60,401 nucleotides of DNA from Candidatus Thorarchaeota archaeon (GCA_016933575.1 JAFGAR010000015.1:1-60401); one strand, 5' to 3'; numbered from the stretch's first letter, positions 47,679 to 58,526 are shown. The notes: generated by a model from the letters alone, not told the origin. Numbers and translations are program-made.

Positions 47679-48104
47679 ATGAGTGTGAGTTATATAGTGC
47701 TTTGTAGAGAGAAACATCGGTGCACACTAGTGTATCAGAAATTTACAAGCAACCTTCTTGATGACCGGGAGCATCCAACTACTTTTCCAGGTGCACGATT
47801 TCTAAGTGAAGCAAAATACATGACAGGGCTTCTTCTTCAGGATGCTACTAATCAGCTAGATCGAATTGAACTTCTAAATCAACAGAAAAACATGGTTGAT
47901 GCCCTTGAATATATCTGGGAGAGCGTTGAGAAGGGAGATCTTCGTGTTCGGTCTATTGCAGTCCTTCGTGCAGCAAAGAATGTGTCATGTGCAGAGATAG
48001 AGAAAAAAATCAAGAGTCCGAACATCGACCATGCTCGGGTAATAAGCGAATTGAGACTTCTGATTAACACATTTGAGTACATTATCAAGCCAGAGTTAAC
48101 CTGA
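47679..48104 (+). CDS. Hypothetical protein
   Basis: ORF fills the gap in a co-oriented run. Start uncertain. Confidence 0.5.
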   Translation: MSVSYIVLCREKHRCTLVYQKFTSNLLDDREHPTTFPGARFLSEAKYMTGLLLQDATNQLDRIELLNQQKNMVDALEYIWESVEKGDLRVRSIAVLRAAKNVSCAEIEKKIKSPNIDHARVISELRLLINTFEYIIKPELT

Positions 48105-48155
48105 TACAAATGGAAAGACTAATTCATTGTGTTGATGCATTGCATAGTGAGAACC

Positions 48156-48911
48156 ATGAAGATCACAATGTTGGGTACGGGAACATCATACCCTGATCCT
48201 GAAAGAGTGCAATCAGGTATACTCATAGAATCAGATAATGAGAATGTACTCCTGGATATTGGTTCAGGAGTCCTACACAGACTCACTCAACTCCAATTCG
48301 ACCTAGGAGATATCAGTGCCATCTTCATCAGTCATTTTCACGTCGATCATTGCTCAGATTTTCTTACTCTTTGTCAGAGTATGTGGTTGACGCATTCAGA
48401 GGAACCTCTTAGAGTGTATGGTCCACCATTTATTCATGAATGGTCACGGGGAGTTCGTGATATTGCATTTCCATATCTGACTGAAAAATTAGATGTTCAG
48501 ATATCAAGACTTAATGAGAATGAGATCACTCAAGTAGGAGACATATCTGTTTCTAATTGTCCTACGATTCATAGTACAGTGGATACAAGAGCATTCCGTG
48601 TTGAATCGGAGGGCAAGAGTATTGTGTTTTCTTCCGACACTGCACCTTGCCGAAGTGTCGTGGAATTAGCAAGAAATACAGACATCCTCATTCACGAATG
48701 TAATTGGCTGGATGGCCCTCATCCAGAGGGTGTCCATACCAGCCCAAGTGAACTTACTCAAATTATTGAAGATGCAGATCCTGCGAGGGTTGTACTGACA
48801 CATCTATCACCAGATGTTGTGCAAAACACGGAGAGAGTATTGGAAATTGTTAGTAGGAGAACTGAGGCGAAAGTCGTACTTGCTCATGACTTGCAATCAT
48901 TTGAAATTTAA
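48156..48911 (+). CDS. Metallo-beta-lactamase fold hydrolase (RNase Z-like)
   Basis: MLGTG, SHFHVDH, SSDT, LIHEC, LTHL. Likely start 48156 (ORF track 48129). Confidence 0.9.
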   Translation: MKITMLGTGTSYPDPERVQSGILIESDNENVLLDIGSGVLHRLTQLQFDLGDISAIFISHFHVDHCSDFLTLCQSMWLTHSEEPLRVYGPPFIHEWSRGVRDIAFPYLTEKLDVQISRLNENEITQVGDISVSNCPTIHSTVDTRAFRVESEGKSIVFSSDTAPCRSVVELARNTDILIHECNWLDGPHPEGVHTSPSELTQIIEDADPARVVLTHLSPDVVQNTERVLEIVSRRTEAKVVLAHDLQSFEI

Positions 48912-49450
48912 TACGCTGGTCTTGGACCCCACATTCGCTTGATATTTGCCATCCCAAATACCCCACCCATAATGAACATTGGAGTCCATGATGTCAAATC
49001 TTGAAAGTCTGTGAGAAAGACAAAACTTCCAGTCTGAGCATAAGAGAAACCATTTACGACCAGAATGAGGAAGAATGTTATAGAATATCCAAGATTGACG
49101 ACTGCTGCTTGTTTCGCAAATTTGTACTCGTATGTATGAACCACTCGAACTGTATCACGAATTAGCTGAATGACAAAGAACAACATCATTGCTATAACAG
49201 CTGGATAACCAACTAGGAAAAACAGTACATACGCAATAAGCACAGCCAATGTGTAGAATACATAGTTCACCAAAGGATTGAAAGCCCTCATTGGAGGACG
49301 AGTACTCTCAGACTTTGTTTCTGATTTGGGTGGTGTGGTATCTTCATCACTCAAGGTATAACACAGCAAGACTATCTTCCTTTTGCTAATAACTTGACGT
49401 TTAGGAGCAAAAGTGAATGGAAGATACATCGCTCGGAACTGAATAATCAA
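48908..49450 (-). CDS. Small membrane protein
   Basis: 3-4 TM. The true start is probably downstream of the ORF-track start. Confidence 0.6.
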   Translation of the reverse strand: MIIQFRAMYLPFTFAPKRQVISKRKIVLLCYTLSDEDTTPPKSETKSESTRPPMRAFNPLVNYVFYTLAVLIAYVLFFLVGYPAVIAMMLFFVIQLIRDTVRVVHTYEYKFAKQAAVVNLGYSITFFLILVVNGFSYAQTGSFVFLTDFQDLTSWTPMFIMGGVFGMANIKRMWGPRPAY

Positions 49451-51093
49451 AATCCTCGTTTTTTGCGGATAACCAGAACTAGGACAACAGCACCAACAAC
49501 CAAACCAAGAGTTGTAACAATGAAGGTCATCATAATAATGGGAAATTCTGTCGCAGAAGTCGTAGTAGTTGAGGTTGGTAGAGTCTTCAATACAGCCAAT
49601 ATCATTATGTTAGCTTCAAGTGAATTACCAACATAATCCGTCACTGTGATATGAAGATTGTATGTGCCATCAAGATTTGTAGCATTAGTGAGTAATCCCT
49701 GATTGTCAATTTGGAAATGAGTGTCATTCACTATCCATGATTGGAGTGGAGCTGCGGAGGTCGCATTTAGTTTATATGTGGGGACTGGAATACTGTTTGT
49801 ATACCAAAGTTGATTCATTGGTTCTCTAATCCAAGACAACTCAGGGAAGAGCATTATTTGGAAATCCCATTCTTCTGTCCCAAAATCGCCAGTTGACCCC
49901 GCGGTCACAAAACCGCCTTCATCTGCACTCAATAATACAAACACATGAACCGAATGGTCACCAACAGGATATTCCCATATTTTGATACAACTTGAATCAG
50001 TTCTCAATAACCAGTGTGTGTCAAAAGAACTATTGAAATCATGATTTCGACCTATGATGCAGAATCCAAGATCAGGTGTTTGAACTATTGACATACCATC
50101 ATAGGTTTGATTTGTACCGTGACCAAAGGTCTTGTTGTAAAGATGATTTCCAGCGAAGTCCACTCTTAATAGAAGTAAGTCACCTTCTTGACCATCGCTA
50201 ATACCTCCAGCTAGAGCAAATCCAGTTCCCGCAATTTCTACAACATCAAAGACTTGATCATAATATGGTGTCGCAAAAAGTTTGCTCCAGAGGAAGGTTC
50301 CATTTTCGTTAGTCTTTACCAGATAAATATCCCATGACGAGGTTGGATTCCACGAATATCCGACAAGAAGATATCCGCCATCAGTACAACGAATGATTTG
50401 TCTACACCATTGGTCATAGACATCACCAAAAGTGACATTCCAAAGTGCAGTTCCATTTACATCTGTACGAATAAGCATATAATCCATATTGGCTGTACTT
50501 GTGTTTGTGAAACTGCCCCCAATCATAAATCCATCTTCGAGTTCAACAAGACCAGCAGCATAGTCGTATCCGGAACCACCATAAGTCTGATTCCATGAAT
50601 AAGAATACGAACTATTTGTTCGGACCAGTATCCAATCATTATATTCGCTCCCATTTGGTAGAATCATTCCTAAAAGCGCAAATCCACCATCATGACATTC
50701 GATCAGGCGGTTTAAGGAAGCTCCTGGACAGTAGGTCTCATTCCATTCATACACTCCATTCTGATCTGCTCCAAGAAGCCGCATACCACCACCTAGCGCA
50801 TTGCCTAGATATCCACCAAGAACATAGCTTCCATCTTCACGATGAACAAGTGTTGTTGCTGTCTGAAGTCCGGTTTCAGGATAGGTTACGTCAATGTAGG
50901 GATTTCCATTGGATACGCCCGATGTTGTCTTGTAATTCACAGACATAAGGGGGTTTCTTTGGGGAGACCATCGAATGGTGTTCACTAGACCAAACATCGA
51001 TACAAATAGAGTAATACAAATAACTAATCCCAGTAGACTCCGCCCGTTCATCCTGTGTGACTCCAGACTATTCCCTCTGCCTTGAGTTCTCAT
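49447..51093 (-). CDS. Cell-surface beta-propeller repeat protein with Thr-rich linker and C-terminal anchor
   Basis: Repeats of DGG[YF]xLxG...DxxLxRTDxxG...WNxT[YF]G; TSTTTTS; TM plus RKKR. Confidence 0.85.
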   Translation of the reverse strand: MRTQGRGNSLESHRMNGRSLLGLVICITLFVSMFGLVNTIRWSPQRNPLMSVNYKTTSGVSNGNPYIDVTYPETGLQTATTLVHREDGSYVLGGYLGNALGGGMRLLGADQNGVYEWNETYCPGASLNRLIECHDGGFALLGMILPNGSEYNDWILVRTNSSYSYSWNQTYGGSGYDYAAGLVELEDGFMIGGSFTNTSTANMDYMLIRTDVNGTALWNVTFGDVYDQWCRQIIRCTDGGYLLVGYSWNPTSSWDIYLVKTNENGTFLWSKLFATPYYDQVFDVVEIAGTGFALAGGISDGQEGDLLLLRVDFAGNHLYNKTFGHGTNQTYDGMSIVQTPDLGFCIIGRNHDFNSSFDTHWLLRTDSSCIKIWEYPVGDHSVHVFVLLSADEGGFVTAGSTGDFGTEEWDFQIMLFPELSWIREPMNQLWYTNSIPVPTYKLNATSAAPLQSWIVNDTHFQIDNQGLLTNATNLDGTYNLHITVTDYVGNSLEANIMILAVLKTLPTSTTTTSATEFPIIMMTFIVTTLGLVVGAVVLVLVIRKKRGF

Positions 51094-51259
51094 CGCTTAA
51101 TGACTCTTTTTGTAACTGGCATTTTCATTATTATTTTCAGATTTCAATATCCATTTCAGGCATTTTATGGCCTTATTGACACTCGAACCATACCATGTCA
51201 ATGTTTAAAACCTATGAGAACTTTAACCAATCAGAACTCGATTAGTAACGGGTGTTCTT

Positions 51260-52150
51260 ATGGCAGATGCAATTGAATGGACTAATGCCAGTCCTGACCA
51301 CATCGTCTGGAGATATCCAGACAACAGAATTGAATGGGGTTCGCAATTAATCGTTATGGAGAACCAGGCAGCTATCTTCTACCGAGATGGCCAAGCACTG
51401 GATACCTTTCTTGCGGGCCGCCACAAGTTGACCACCAGTAGCATGCCAAGCCTTGTTGGTTGGTTACAGAAGAAAATCAAGGGCGATATCTTTGAAGCTA
51501 CTTGTATCTTTATTTCCAGGTCCCAATTCCAAGGTAAATATGGTGGAAGAGGCCAGACAAGTGATCTTGCTCCCCTTATGTTCCATGGCAACTTCTGGTT
51601 CCGAGTCAAAGAACCAAAGATTTTCGTGATGGAAGTCGTCTCTAATCAGAACGCATTCTCGACTCAGAAAGTCAATGACTTCCTCCGCTCATTTATGAAC
51701 GAAAGAATCATAGACGAATTCGCTCATTATGACTTGCAGGCTGTATTCACACAGCTTGATGAGACCTCACTTAAGGTCAAGACACAAGTCCGAATGAACT
51801 TTGAGAGAATCGGACTCGAGCTTGTTGATTTGAAGTTCGAAGGCATAGACACGACAGAAAAGTATCGTGAACGACTCTTCTTCATGAAGACCGGTGGCGT
51901 AAGCGGATCTCAATTGTTGGGTTCAGAGACCGTCAAGTCCTCAGCAGAATCTCTTGGTAAGAGTCCCGGAGCTGGTTTCGGTGCTGGGATGGGTTTCATG
52001 GGAGCTGCTGCAGGAATGATGGGCGGTGGTGGACAACAAGGTGGCGGTGGAGGCGGTTCAGCCCCAGCTGGTGCTAAGTTCTGTCCAAACTGTGGTACTG
52101 CACTTAGCGGCGCCAAGTTTTGTCCCAACTGCGGTACAAAGATCGGATAA
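51260..52150 (+). CDS. SPFH (band 7-like) domain protein with double zinc ribbon
   Basis: IVWRYP...GSQLIV.ENQ.A.F; GAGFGAGMG; AKFCPNCGT twice. Confidence 0.9.
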   Translation: MADAIEWTNASPDHIVWRYPDNRIEWGSQLIVMENQAAIFYRDGQALDTFLAGRHKLTTSSMPSLVGWLQKKIKGDIFEATCIFISRSQFQGKYGGRGQTSDLAPLMFHGNFWFRVKEPKIFVMEVVSNQNAFSTQKVNDFLRSFMNERIIDEFAHYDLQAVFTQLDETSLKVKTQVRMNFERIGLELVDLKFEGIDTTEKYRERLFFMKTGGVSGSQLLGSETVKSSAESLGKSPGAGFGAGMGFMGAAAGMMGGGGQQGGGGGGSAPAGAKFCPNCGTALSGAKFCPNCGTKIG

Positions 52151-52161
52151 TAGAATAATAT

Positions 52162-52185
52162 TGGTTGGGCGTTTTTGCCCAACCA
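52162..52185 (+). terminator. 9-bp stem hairpin plus T tract
   Basis: TGGTTGGGC-gttttt-GCCCAACCA followed by tttcgtttctttttc. Confidence 0.7.
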
Positions 52186-52397
52186 TTTCGTTTCTTTTTC
52201 TTCCTTGACATTTGATCATCTTGTTCGGTTTTTGTTTTTGCTATTAACACCTCGGTGTTTAAAGAAGACATAGGATAGGTGAGATGGTAATTATTATTTT
52301 ATTACTTTATGCATAAAATACAAATGTTTATTAATCATCGCGAAAAAGGTACTATTTGACTCTAATGAGTCACATGAAAATTGGAGCGAGAAATAAA

Positions 52398-52976
52398 ATG
52401 AAATCTAACCTTTCAATAATCCTAGTTCTAGGAATTGCAATGCTTATGTGTGCACCTTCAGTGCAAGCCATTGACCTAGATCCAGGTGGTGGGGGAACTG
52501 AATACTACATATCCATCCAAGCGACCTATATCAGATTGGCTCAAGACTCTGATTTATTTAGCGAGGGAGAAATATACATGACAAATCCAGGTACAGATAT
52601 CTGGACAGTTGATAAACAAAAATCTTGGGAAGATGATACATACCTTAGTGGTAGTACGTACTACGGAAAGCTGTATACGGTTCCTTATACTGTCAAGTAC
52701 GAAAAAGTGATCTCATTAAGTGACATTGGTACAAAATTCTGGTTTGAATTGGTGGATGATGATTTACTTTGGGATGCGTCCTTATGGAGTGGCTATATTG
52801 AGATTCAGAGTACAGGAGGATTGAGTGGAGATTGGTGGAGTGCTGCTGGTCGTGGTGTGAGCCGAGACCTTGGTCCTCTCCTATTGAAGACATCGGATTC
52901 AGCTCATTGTATTGTAGGTTCAGACATTCAAGTCTATAACCAAGTAGCATTTCATATATCGTTCTTTCTATTCTAA
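52398..52976 (+). CDS. Secreted hypothetical protein, possibly C2-like beta-sandwich
   Basis: Signal peptide MKSNLSIILV...SVQA; DSDLFSEGEIY and FELVDDDLLWD acidic loops. ORF-track start 52356. Confidence 0.65.
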   Translation: MKSNLSIILVLGIAMLMCAPSVQAIDLDPGGGGTEYYISIQATYIRLAQDSDLFSEGEIYMTNPGTDIWTVDKQKSWEDDTYLSGSTYYGKLYTVPYTVKYEKVISLSDIGTKFWFELVDDDLLWDASLWSGYIEIQSTGGLSGDWWSAAGRGVSRDLGPLLLKTSDSAHCIVGSDIQVYNQVAFHISFFLF

Positions 52977-53022
52977 TCGAAAAGAGTGCATTTGTACACC
53001 TAATCTATTTGAGGAATAAACC

Positions 53023-53044
53023 GCGGTGATAATACTATCACCGC
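53023..53044 (+). terminator. 9-bp stem hairpin plus T tract
   Basis: GCGGTGATA-atac-TATCACCGC followed by actctttttt. Confidence 0.65.
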
Positions 53045-53185
53045 ACTCTTTTTTCTGCGAACACCAGTGTGGACCAACAGAACATGAGAATACTGACACG
53101 AGCTGAATCAGTAATCTTGCGTTTGTCTAGTTCTTTTTTAATAAAAAACAACAAAAAAAAACAACTTCAAAACGAGGTTTATACT

Positions 53186-53956
53186 ATGACCACGAAGGTA
53201 AATATCCCACTTGCACGTGAGTTACTAAAGAATCCTAATTTTCCTCGAACCTGTAAATATGATCCAGAGTGGCTGGTGAATCTTGATCTTGGGTGTCCGA
53301 CATTTTGGCTTCTTGAACGTCTGTGCGAGAAAATGAATCTAGAATCAGGAATGAGAATCCTAGATCTCGGATGCGGAAAAGCAGGAGGTGCGATTTTTCT
53401 AGCAAAGGAATTTGAAGTCGAGGTTTGGGCAGTAGATAGCATGGTGAGTCAGAGTGAGAACTGGGAACGCATTAAGGAGTTCAATCTTGAAACTCGTGTG
53501 TTTCCTCTTAGAGCAGATGCTCGTGAGCTTCCATTCCCAAGAGATTTCTTTGACGCCATCATCTGTGTTAATTCACTCTTCTTCTTTGCTACCGATGATA
53601 TCTATCTGAAACACTATCTCATTCCACGCATTAAGATTGGAGGACAAATAGGGAGCGTGGTACCTGGATTCTATGAAGACTTCAACGATTCACCTCCATT
53701 AGATATACCTGAACATCTGAAGGAGTACTGGGCATCTTGTATGCTCTATACTTGGCACTCCGCGAAATGGTGGAAGAGGCACTGGCTAAAGACAGAACAG
53801 GTCGAAGTTGAAGTGGCTGATAATTTCCCTGACAATGAAGGATACCAGACATATCTGGAGTGGGAACGAATCATCGGGTATCCACAGAAGATAGCTGAGG
53901 ATGATAGAGGGCGAAATATCACGTTCTCGCGATTGGTTGTTCGGAGAACGAAATAG
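53186..53956 (+). CDS. Class I SAM-dependent methyltransferase
   Basis: ILDLGCGKA, VWAVD, ADARELPF..FFDAI; GAGGT SD before 53186 (ORF track 53069). Confidence 0.9.
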   Translation: MTTKVNIPLARELLKNPNFPRTCKYDPEWLVNLDLGCPTFWLLERLCEKMNLESGMRILDLGCGKAGGAIFLAKEFEVEVWAVDSMVSQSENWERIKEFNLETRVFPLRADARELPFPRDFFDAIICVNSLFFFATDDIYLKHYLIPRIKIGGQIGSVVPGFYEDFNDSPPLDIPEHLKEYWASCMLYTWHSAKWWKRHWLKTEQVEVEVADNFPDNEGYQTYLEWERIIGYPQKIAEDDRGRNITFSRLVVRRTK

Positions 53957-54031
53957 GAAGGATGCCTTCTAAGTACATTTGCAGTCTATATCTAATGCTA
54001 TTAGTTACTGAATCTTATAAGAAGGAAGAAA

Positions 54032-54211
54032 CTAATCCAAGGAAAATATTGGATTCCATCCAAGCATTATTTCCTCTAAAGATGCAATTCGATGATAAAG
54101 CTCAACGATAAATGACCAATCACGTTTGTGAAGATATTCATCAACAATCCGCTCTAGCCTTTGATAATCCCTTAATTCCATAAGAAAACCTATGATGTTT
54201 TCAAGGCTCAT
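54032..54211 (-). CDS. Possible 59-aa small protein (below the ORF-track cutoff)
   Basis: MSLENIIGFLMELRDYQRLERIVDEYLHKRDWSFIVELYHRIASLEEIMLGWNPIFSLD; amphipathic and fills an intergenic gap. Confidence 0.35.
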   Translation of the reverse strand: MSLENIIGFLMELRDYQRLERIVDEYLHKRDWSFIVELYHRIASLEEIMLGWNPIFSLD

Positions 54212-54268
54212 TTTCAGTTTTCGAATTCGGTTGTTTTGATTAAAATCTTGTAGATATAGAAAGATTTC

Positions 54269-54604
54269 TCACTCTATACCAACAGGCTCAGGATTGCGAG
54301 GCACATTTGATCTCTTTTTATCAAACCAATATTGAACAAAGGAGAGAGCAATCAATGCATACCCTCCTATCAAGCCAAAGGGACTTGTCCAGTATGCCGT
54401 GCAGTGACATAAGACAATCCAGAAATAGTTGACAAGAAATCCACCAGCCCAAAAAGTTGCTATGGCACCAAAGATGTAAGTCTTCGTTGCTGCAGAGGAA
54501 TCTTTCCTTGAAAAGAGAAACACTGCGAAAGTAATAGCTACAAAGATACTGATGAATCCAGATAAATGATACCATTCCTGAGATGCTGGAATATCGATTT
54601 GCAT
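54269..54604 (-). CDS. Small 3-TM membrane protein
   Basis: Hydropathy; GAGG upstream. Confidence 0.6.
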   Translation of the reverse strand: MQIDIPASQEWYHLSGFISIFVAITFAVFLFSRKDSSAATKTYIFGAIATFWAGGFLVNYFWIVLCHCTAYWTSPFGLIGGYALIALSFVQYWFDKKRSNVPRNPEPVGIE

Positions 54605-54737
54605 ATACTTTCATTCCTCACAGTATCGCGATTGATTGATTACAAAAAAGAAGCTGAGATAAATCATTCGAAAATATGATCAAGTCAAAGAGACCTCTTA
54701 AGTGTTCACGATAGACAAGTCATGAAGGCAGGCTATT

Positions 54738-55187
54738 GTGACAACATTAGTCAGATTGAAAGTAAAATGCCCACAGTGTAATGAAACCTTTCGATGTATT
54801 GTTACATCTTCCTTTGGATTCCGTGGAATTGATAGGCAGGGATGTCGAGAATATTGGGGTATGAATCCCATGCAGTATCAACTGGTTGAGTGTCCGTTCT
54901 GTGAACACATAGATTGGTACTATGGTTATGAAAAATTGGAGGGTGAACCTGAGGATTCATTGGTTGAAAACACGCCATCATGCGATTCTTACATGAAATT
55001 TGCAGAAAATCTCATCAAGAGTGGAGCTGAGTCTTCGATAATTGCTTTCACTTTTCAACAGGGTGGATGTTGCAAGAGGATGAATGGAGAAGATCCAAAG
55101 ACTGAGTTTCAAAGAGCTCTGGAGTATTTCAGGAAAGCAAAAGAAGAGGGTGTAAAACCTTTTGACAAACTAAGTATTGATAATTGA
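54738..55187 (+). CDS. DUF2225-like zinc-binding protein
   Basis: CPQC...NPMQYQLVECPFC, then TPR-like ALEYFRKA. Confidence 0.65.
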   Translation: MTTLVRLKVKCPQCNETFRCIVTSSFGFRGIDRQGCREYWGMNPMQYQLVECPFCEHIDWYYGYEKLEGEPEDSLVENTPSCDSYMKFAENLIKSGAESSIIAFTFQQGGCCKRMNGEDPKTEFQRALEYFRKAKEEGVKPFDKLSIDN

Positions 55188-55343
55188 ATTCTCATGATGT
55201 CAGAATTTGTCAGATCATAAGAAACGAAGCTCAGTCATATAAGATACTTGTCCAAGTATGGAGTAATTCTAGCAGCAGTAATTGGATAACGTAGATAGTG
55301 AGATTTTTCAGATACTGAAAATTGAAATTCATTGGCGTTTAGA

Positions 55344-56507
55344 ATGAGTAATGTTTCTATTAACGAGCTATCCATACTCACACTCCTCAAAAAGCTCATT
55401 ACAATAGAGTCCGTTAATCCATCACTTGTAAACGGAGGTAGTGGTGAGGAAGAGATTGCCAAATTTATTGGTGAATTTCTTGAAAAAAGGGAATTCGACA
55501 TCGAATATCAGAAAATAGATGACAATAGAATGAATGTCATCGGAGTTCTCCATGGGAATGGATTGGGTAAATCCTTGATGTTGAATGGTCATACAGATAC
55601 AGTAGGCATATCAGATATGCAGATAGATGCCTTGAAACCTGTGTTTAAGGAAGGAAGAGTGTACGGGAGAGGTTCGTTTGACATGAAAGGGGGATTAGCT
55701 GCAATGATGATCCTCGGAGAGTTTTTTGCAAACTCCAAACAAAAACTGAGTGGAGATCTAATCTTAGCCTTTGTAGCAGACGAAGAATTCGCAAGTAGAG
55801 GAACAGAGGAGCTTGTCAAAAAATATACTGCTGATTCAGCCATAGTAACAGAACCTACAGGACTTCAGGTCGTTACAGCCCACCGGGGTTTTGCATGGGG
55901 ACGTATCGACATTGAGGGAAGAGCTGTGCATGGAAGTTTGTATGAACAGGGTATTGATGCAATTATAAAAGCAGGAAAAGTCCTTCTGGGACTTGAGAGA
56001 ATCGAATCAGGTTTTACAGAATTACCCAAACATCCACTACTAGGCAGACCATCAATCCATGCGTCTCTTATAAGTGGAGGCACTGAGCTTAGTACTTATC
56101 CATCAAGCTGTAGTTTGCAGTATGAAAGACGTACACTACCTCATGAATATCGCAAAAACGTCGAATTGGAGCTTCAGAGTCTCCTACGAGAAGTTCAGAA
56201 ACTGGATCCAGATTTTCGAGCGATTTCAGATATTTTCTTTTATCGACCAGGTCTGGAAACAAAGCATGATACGCCAATAATTCAAGAGATTACACGCTCA
56301 GCCTTAGAAGTCACCAGTGTGAAACCAGAACTTATAGGAGCTTTATGGTGGACTGATGCCGCTCTTCTGTCTGAAGCAGGTATTCCATCGGTTCTATTTG
56401 GTTCGTCTGGAGAAGGGGGTCATGCACCTATCGAGTATGTTGACTTTGATTCATTGATAAAGACAACAAAAATCTTAGCCACGACGATTATGAATTACTG
56501 TAAATGA
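55344..56507 (+). CDS. M20 family ArgE/DapE-like deacylase
   Basis: LNGHTDTV, GRGSFDMKGG, DEE, EPT, H..IEYV. Confidence 0.92.
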   Translation: MSNVSINELSILTLLKKLITIESVNPSLVNGGSGEEEIAKFIGEFLEKREFDIEYQKIDDNRMNVIGVLHGNGLGKSLMLNGHTDTVGISDMQIDALKPVFKEGRVYGRGSFDMKGGLAAMMILGEFFANSKQKLSGDLILAFVADEEFASRGTEELVKKYTADSAIVTEPTGLQVVTAHRGFAWGRIDIEGRAVHGSLYEQGIDAIIKAGKVLLGLERIESGFTELPKHPLLGRPSIHASLISGGTELSTYPSSCSLQYERRTLPHEYRKNVELELQSLLREVQKLDPDFRAISDIFFYRPGLETKHDTPIIQEITRSALEVTSVKPELIGALWWTDAALLSEAGIPSVLFGSSGEGGHAPIEYVDFDSLIKTTKILATTIMNYCK

Positions 56508-56517
56508 TTTTAATTTT

Positions 56518-57321
56518 CTAAAACCAAGTGCCAAGTCGTTCATCATCTTGAACAAGTTGTTCTATGGCATTTAGAACAACTTGTGCTTGGATCAGGCATG
56601 TATTCTTGTAGGTGTCATTCATATATTCTACTCTCCATCCCTCTGTCAAATCTAGATACGGTTGCAACAAAACGCCTATAGGAATATCCTTCTCTTTACC
56701 AAGAGAATAGAGAGCTCCTGTTTCACCATTATCCACAGAGAGACAACCCATACTTCTAAAGTCTGCAACTAATTCAGGAGTTATCCTATAGAGAGCCTCG
56801 CAAGATCCAACTGCACCACTTCTCCAGGAAGAGCAAGTTTGTTCCAATGAATCCTTGAGAATGGCATGTCCTCTGAGTTCACAAGATACTCTTTCAGGAG
56901 AACTGCCATAATGAGGTGATGTTCCATTAAATCCTATACTCATCGTTGGCAAATGGATTTCACCATTATCCAAGAATTTTCTACCAAGACTCCAAGAAGC
57001 GCATAAAAGAAAAATTGCACGAGTTCCAAAATGGATAAACTCTTCACATAAGCTAATCAGAGGAGACGCACCCATAGGAGGGACAATCAAAACAAAAGGG
57101 ATTCTGTTGTGTTTTCCGACAAATGATTGTACAGGAATTGAATAAGGAGAGAACTTAGAACCAATCCAGAACCACTCTTTCATTTTACAACTCAAAACAA
57201 GCTTCTCAACTATTGTAGTACAAAAGGTCATTATCAAGATTGGGGGAACAGACAATTCATTTTGATGAATTCCTGCTGATAATGCTGCTCTTCGAATCTG
57301 GTCGGGATTAATAAGAAACAC
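56518..57321 (-). CDS. Nucleoside phosphorylase family protein
   Basis: MGAS....CEEF..FG, GTSPHY, EALYRIT, GCLSVDNGE. Confidence 0.75.
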   Translation of the reverse strand: MFLINPDQIRRAALSAGIHQNELSVPPILIMTFCTTIVEKLVLSCKMKEWFWIGSKFSPYSIPVQSFVGKHNRIPFVLIVPPMGASPLISLCEEFIHFGTRAIFLLCASWSLGRKFLDNGEIHLPTMSIGFNGTSPHYGSSPERVSCELRGHAILKDSLEQTCSSWRSGAVGSCEALYRITPELVADFRSMGCLSVDNGETGALYSLGKEKDIPIGVLLQPYLDLTEGWRVEYMNDTYKNTCLIQAQVVLNAIEQLVQDDERLGTWF

Positions 57322-57902
57322 TGAGATTCCTCTCTTTTACCGTTCTTCTTTTCAATCAATTAAACAGAACAAAATCAGTTAACGGAATTTGATTCGAACT
57401 GATCTTTGATTGAATGACTTAAGGATTTGGAACTATTAATAAAAAACTGCATTCTCATTACTGGTAATAGTCAATTTTCTCTTCGATTAGTTGGATTAAG
57501 ACTCTGAATCCATTATTGGACATAGTATTTTATCTTTAAATTCATGAATGGTATGACAGAACAGACTGGCTAGTATGATTCCAAATATCCGTATTTGGAG
57601 TAAAAGATGATGAAAAACCGGAATGTGACCATTATGCAGTTTGAATATCTTAGTTACCGATCCGATATCGTGAACTGTTGGGTCACAGATAGCATATAAT
57701 AGAGGTGAGCTTCAAAATGATTCTCTATTCTCCATATTGTTGCAATCGGTCTACAATTGCAACGCAGGCTGTATGGGTTCCCTCCTCGCATCCGCCCTCG
57801 CATCCGCAAGTGCCAGTCTGTTCGTTTTTATTGAATCTCAATATTTTATTCTGAAAAATGATGTCAATACTAACATTTGTTTTCTACCGACAGATTATGC
57901 TA

Positions 57903-58394
57903 TCAAATCATACGGTAACAATGATTGCAACATTCATGGCCTTGCATCAATGTTTTGGAACGGGAGAACTCCATTTTGGAATTAAATCCTCTTACCATGT
58001 GTTCATCATCCGAACAATAGAGATCATAGCCCCATTCAGAAGGAATCTCTAAATCGTTCACAAGCTCGGCAAATAGACAACGCGTGACTTTGATGCAAAT
58101 GCCATTGTCCTTCGTCTTTCCATATTCATATTCAACAATCCTACGTTGTCGCATTGGTGTCCATAATATTTCTATCAAACTCTCGATCGAATTACTTTCA
58201 ACTTGTGTACCAATATATTCCCATTGAGAACGAACAGATTGTGAACGTTCCATTCTTATTATTTCTCTCACACGCTCTCCAAATTCAGTTTCCATTGCTC
58301 TGAGAAGGAGAAACTTCTCTTTCAAATGGCGTTTCTCAGATCGAGTAAAGGCTTCAAGTTGTTCGTCAATGTTATTCAGCTCATCGTCGCTCAT
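57903..58394 (-). CDS. ATC-hydrolase-like (V4R-related) protein
   Basis: VTRCLFAE, YCSDD, RSKTLMQGHECCNHCY. Confidence 0.85.
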   Translation of the reverse strand: MSDDELNNIDEQLEAFTRSEKRHLKEKFLLLRAMETEFGERVREIIRMERSQSVRSQWEYIGTQVESNSIESLIEILWTPMRQRRIVEYEYGKTKDNGICIKVTRCLFAELVNDLEIPSEWGYDLYCSDDEHMVRGFNSKMEFSRSKTLMQGHECCNHCYRMI

Positions 58395-58526
58395 TATATT
58401 TCACCAGTCACGAGATTGATTGTCACGTATGTCAAAGAAATACATCAAATTTTTGGACAATATGTGTGAATGTATTCTCTCTAATAGTAACTTTTATATC
58501 TTTTTATAAGAATACAATCTCATAAT

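Noticed and set aside
52070-52140. Short direct repeat at the end of the SPFH gene
   Set aside because: It simply encodes the duplicated AKFCPNCGT zinc ribbon.
57737-57985. 82-aa ORF containing ASALASASAS
   Set aside because: It overlaps a well-supported opposite-strand gene, and its low complexity comes from the 12-bp tandem repeat.
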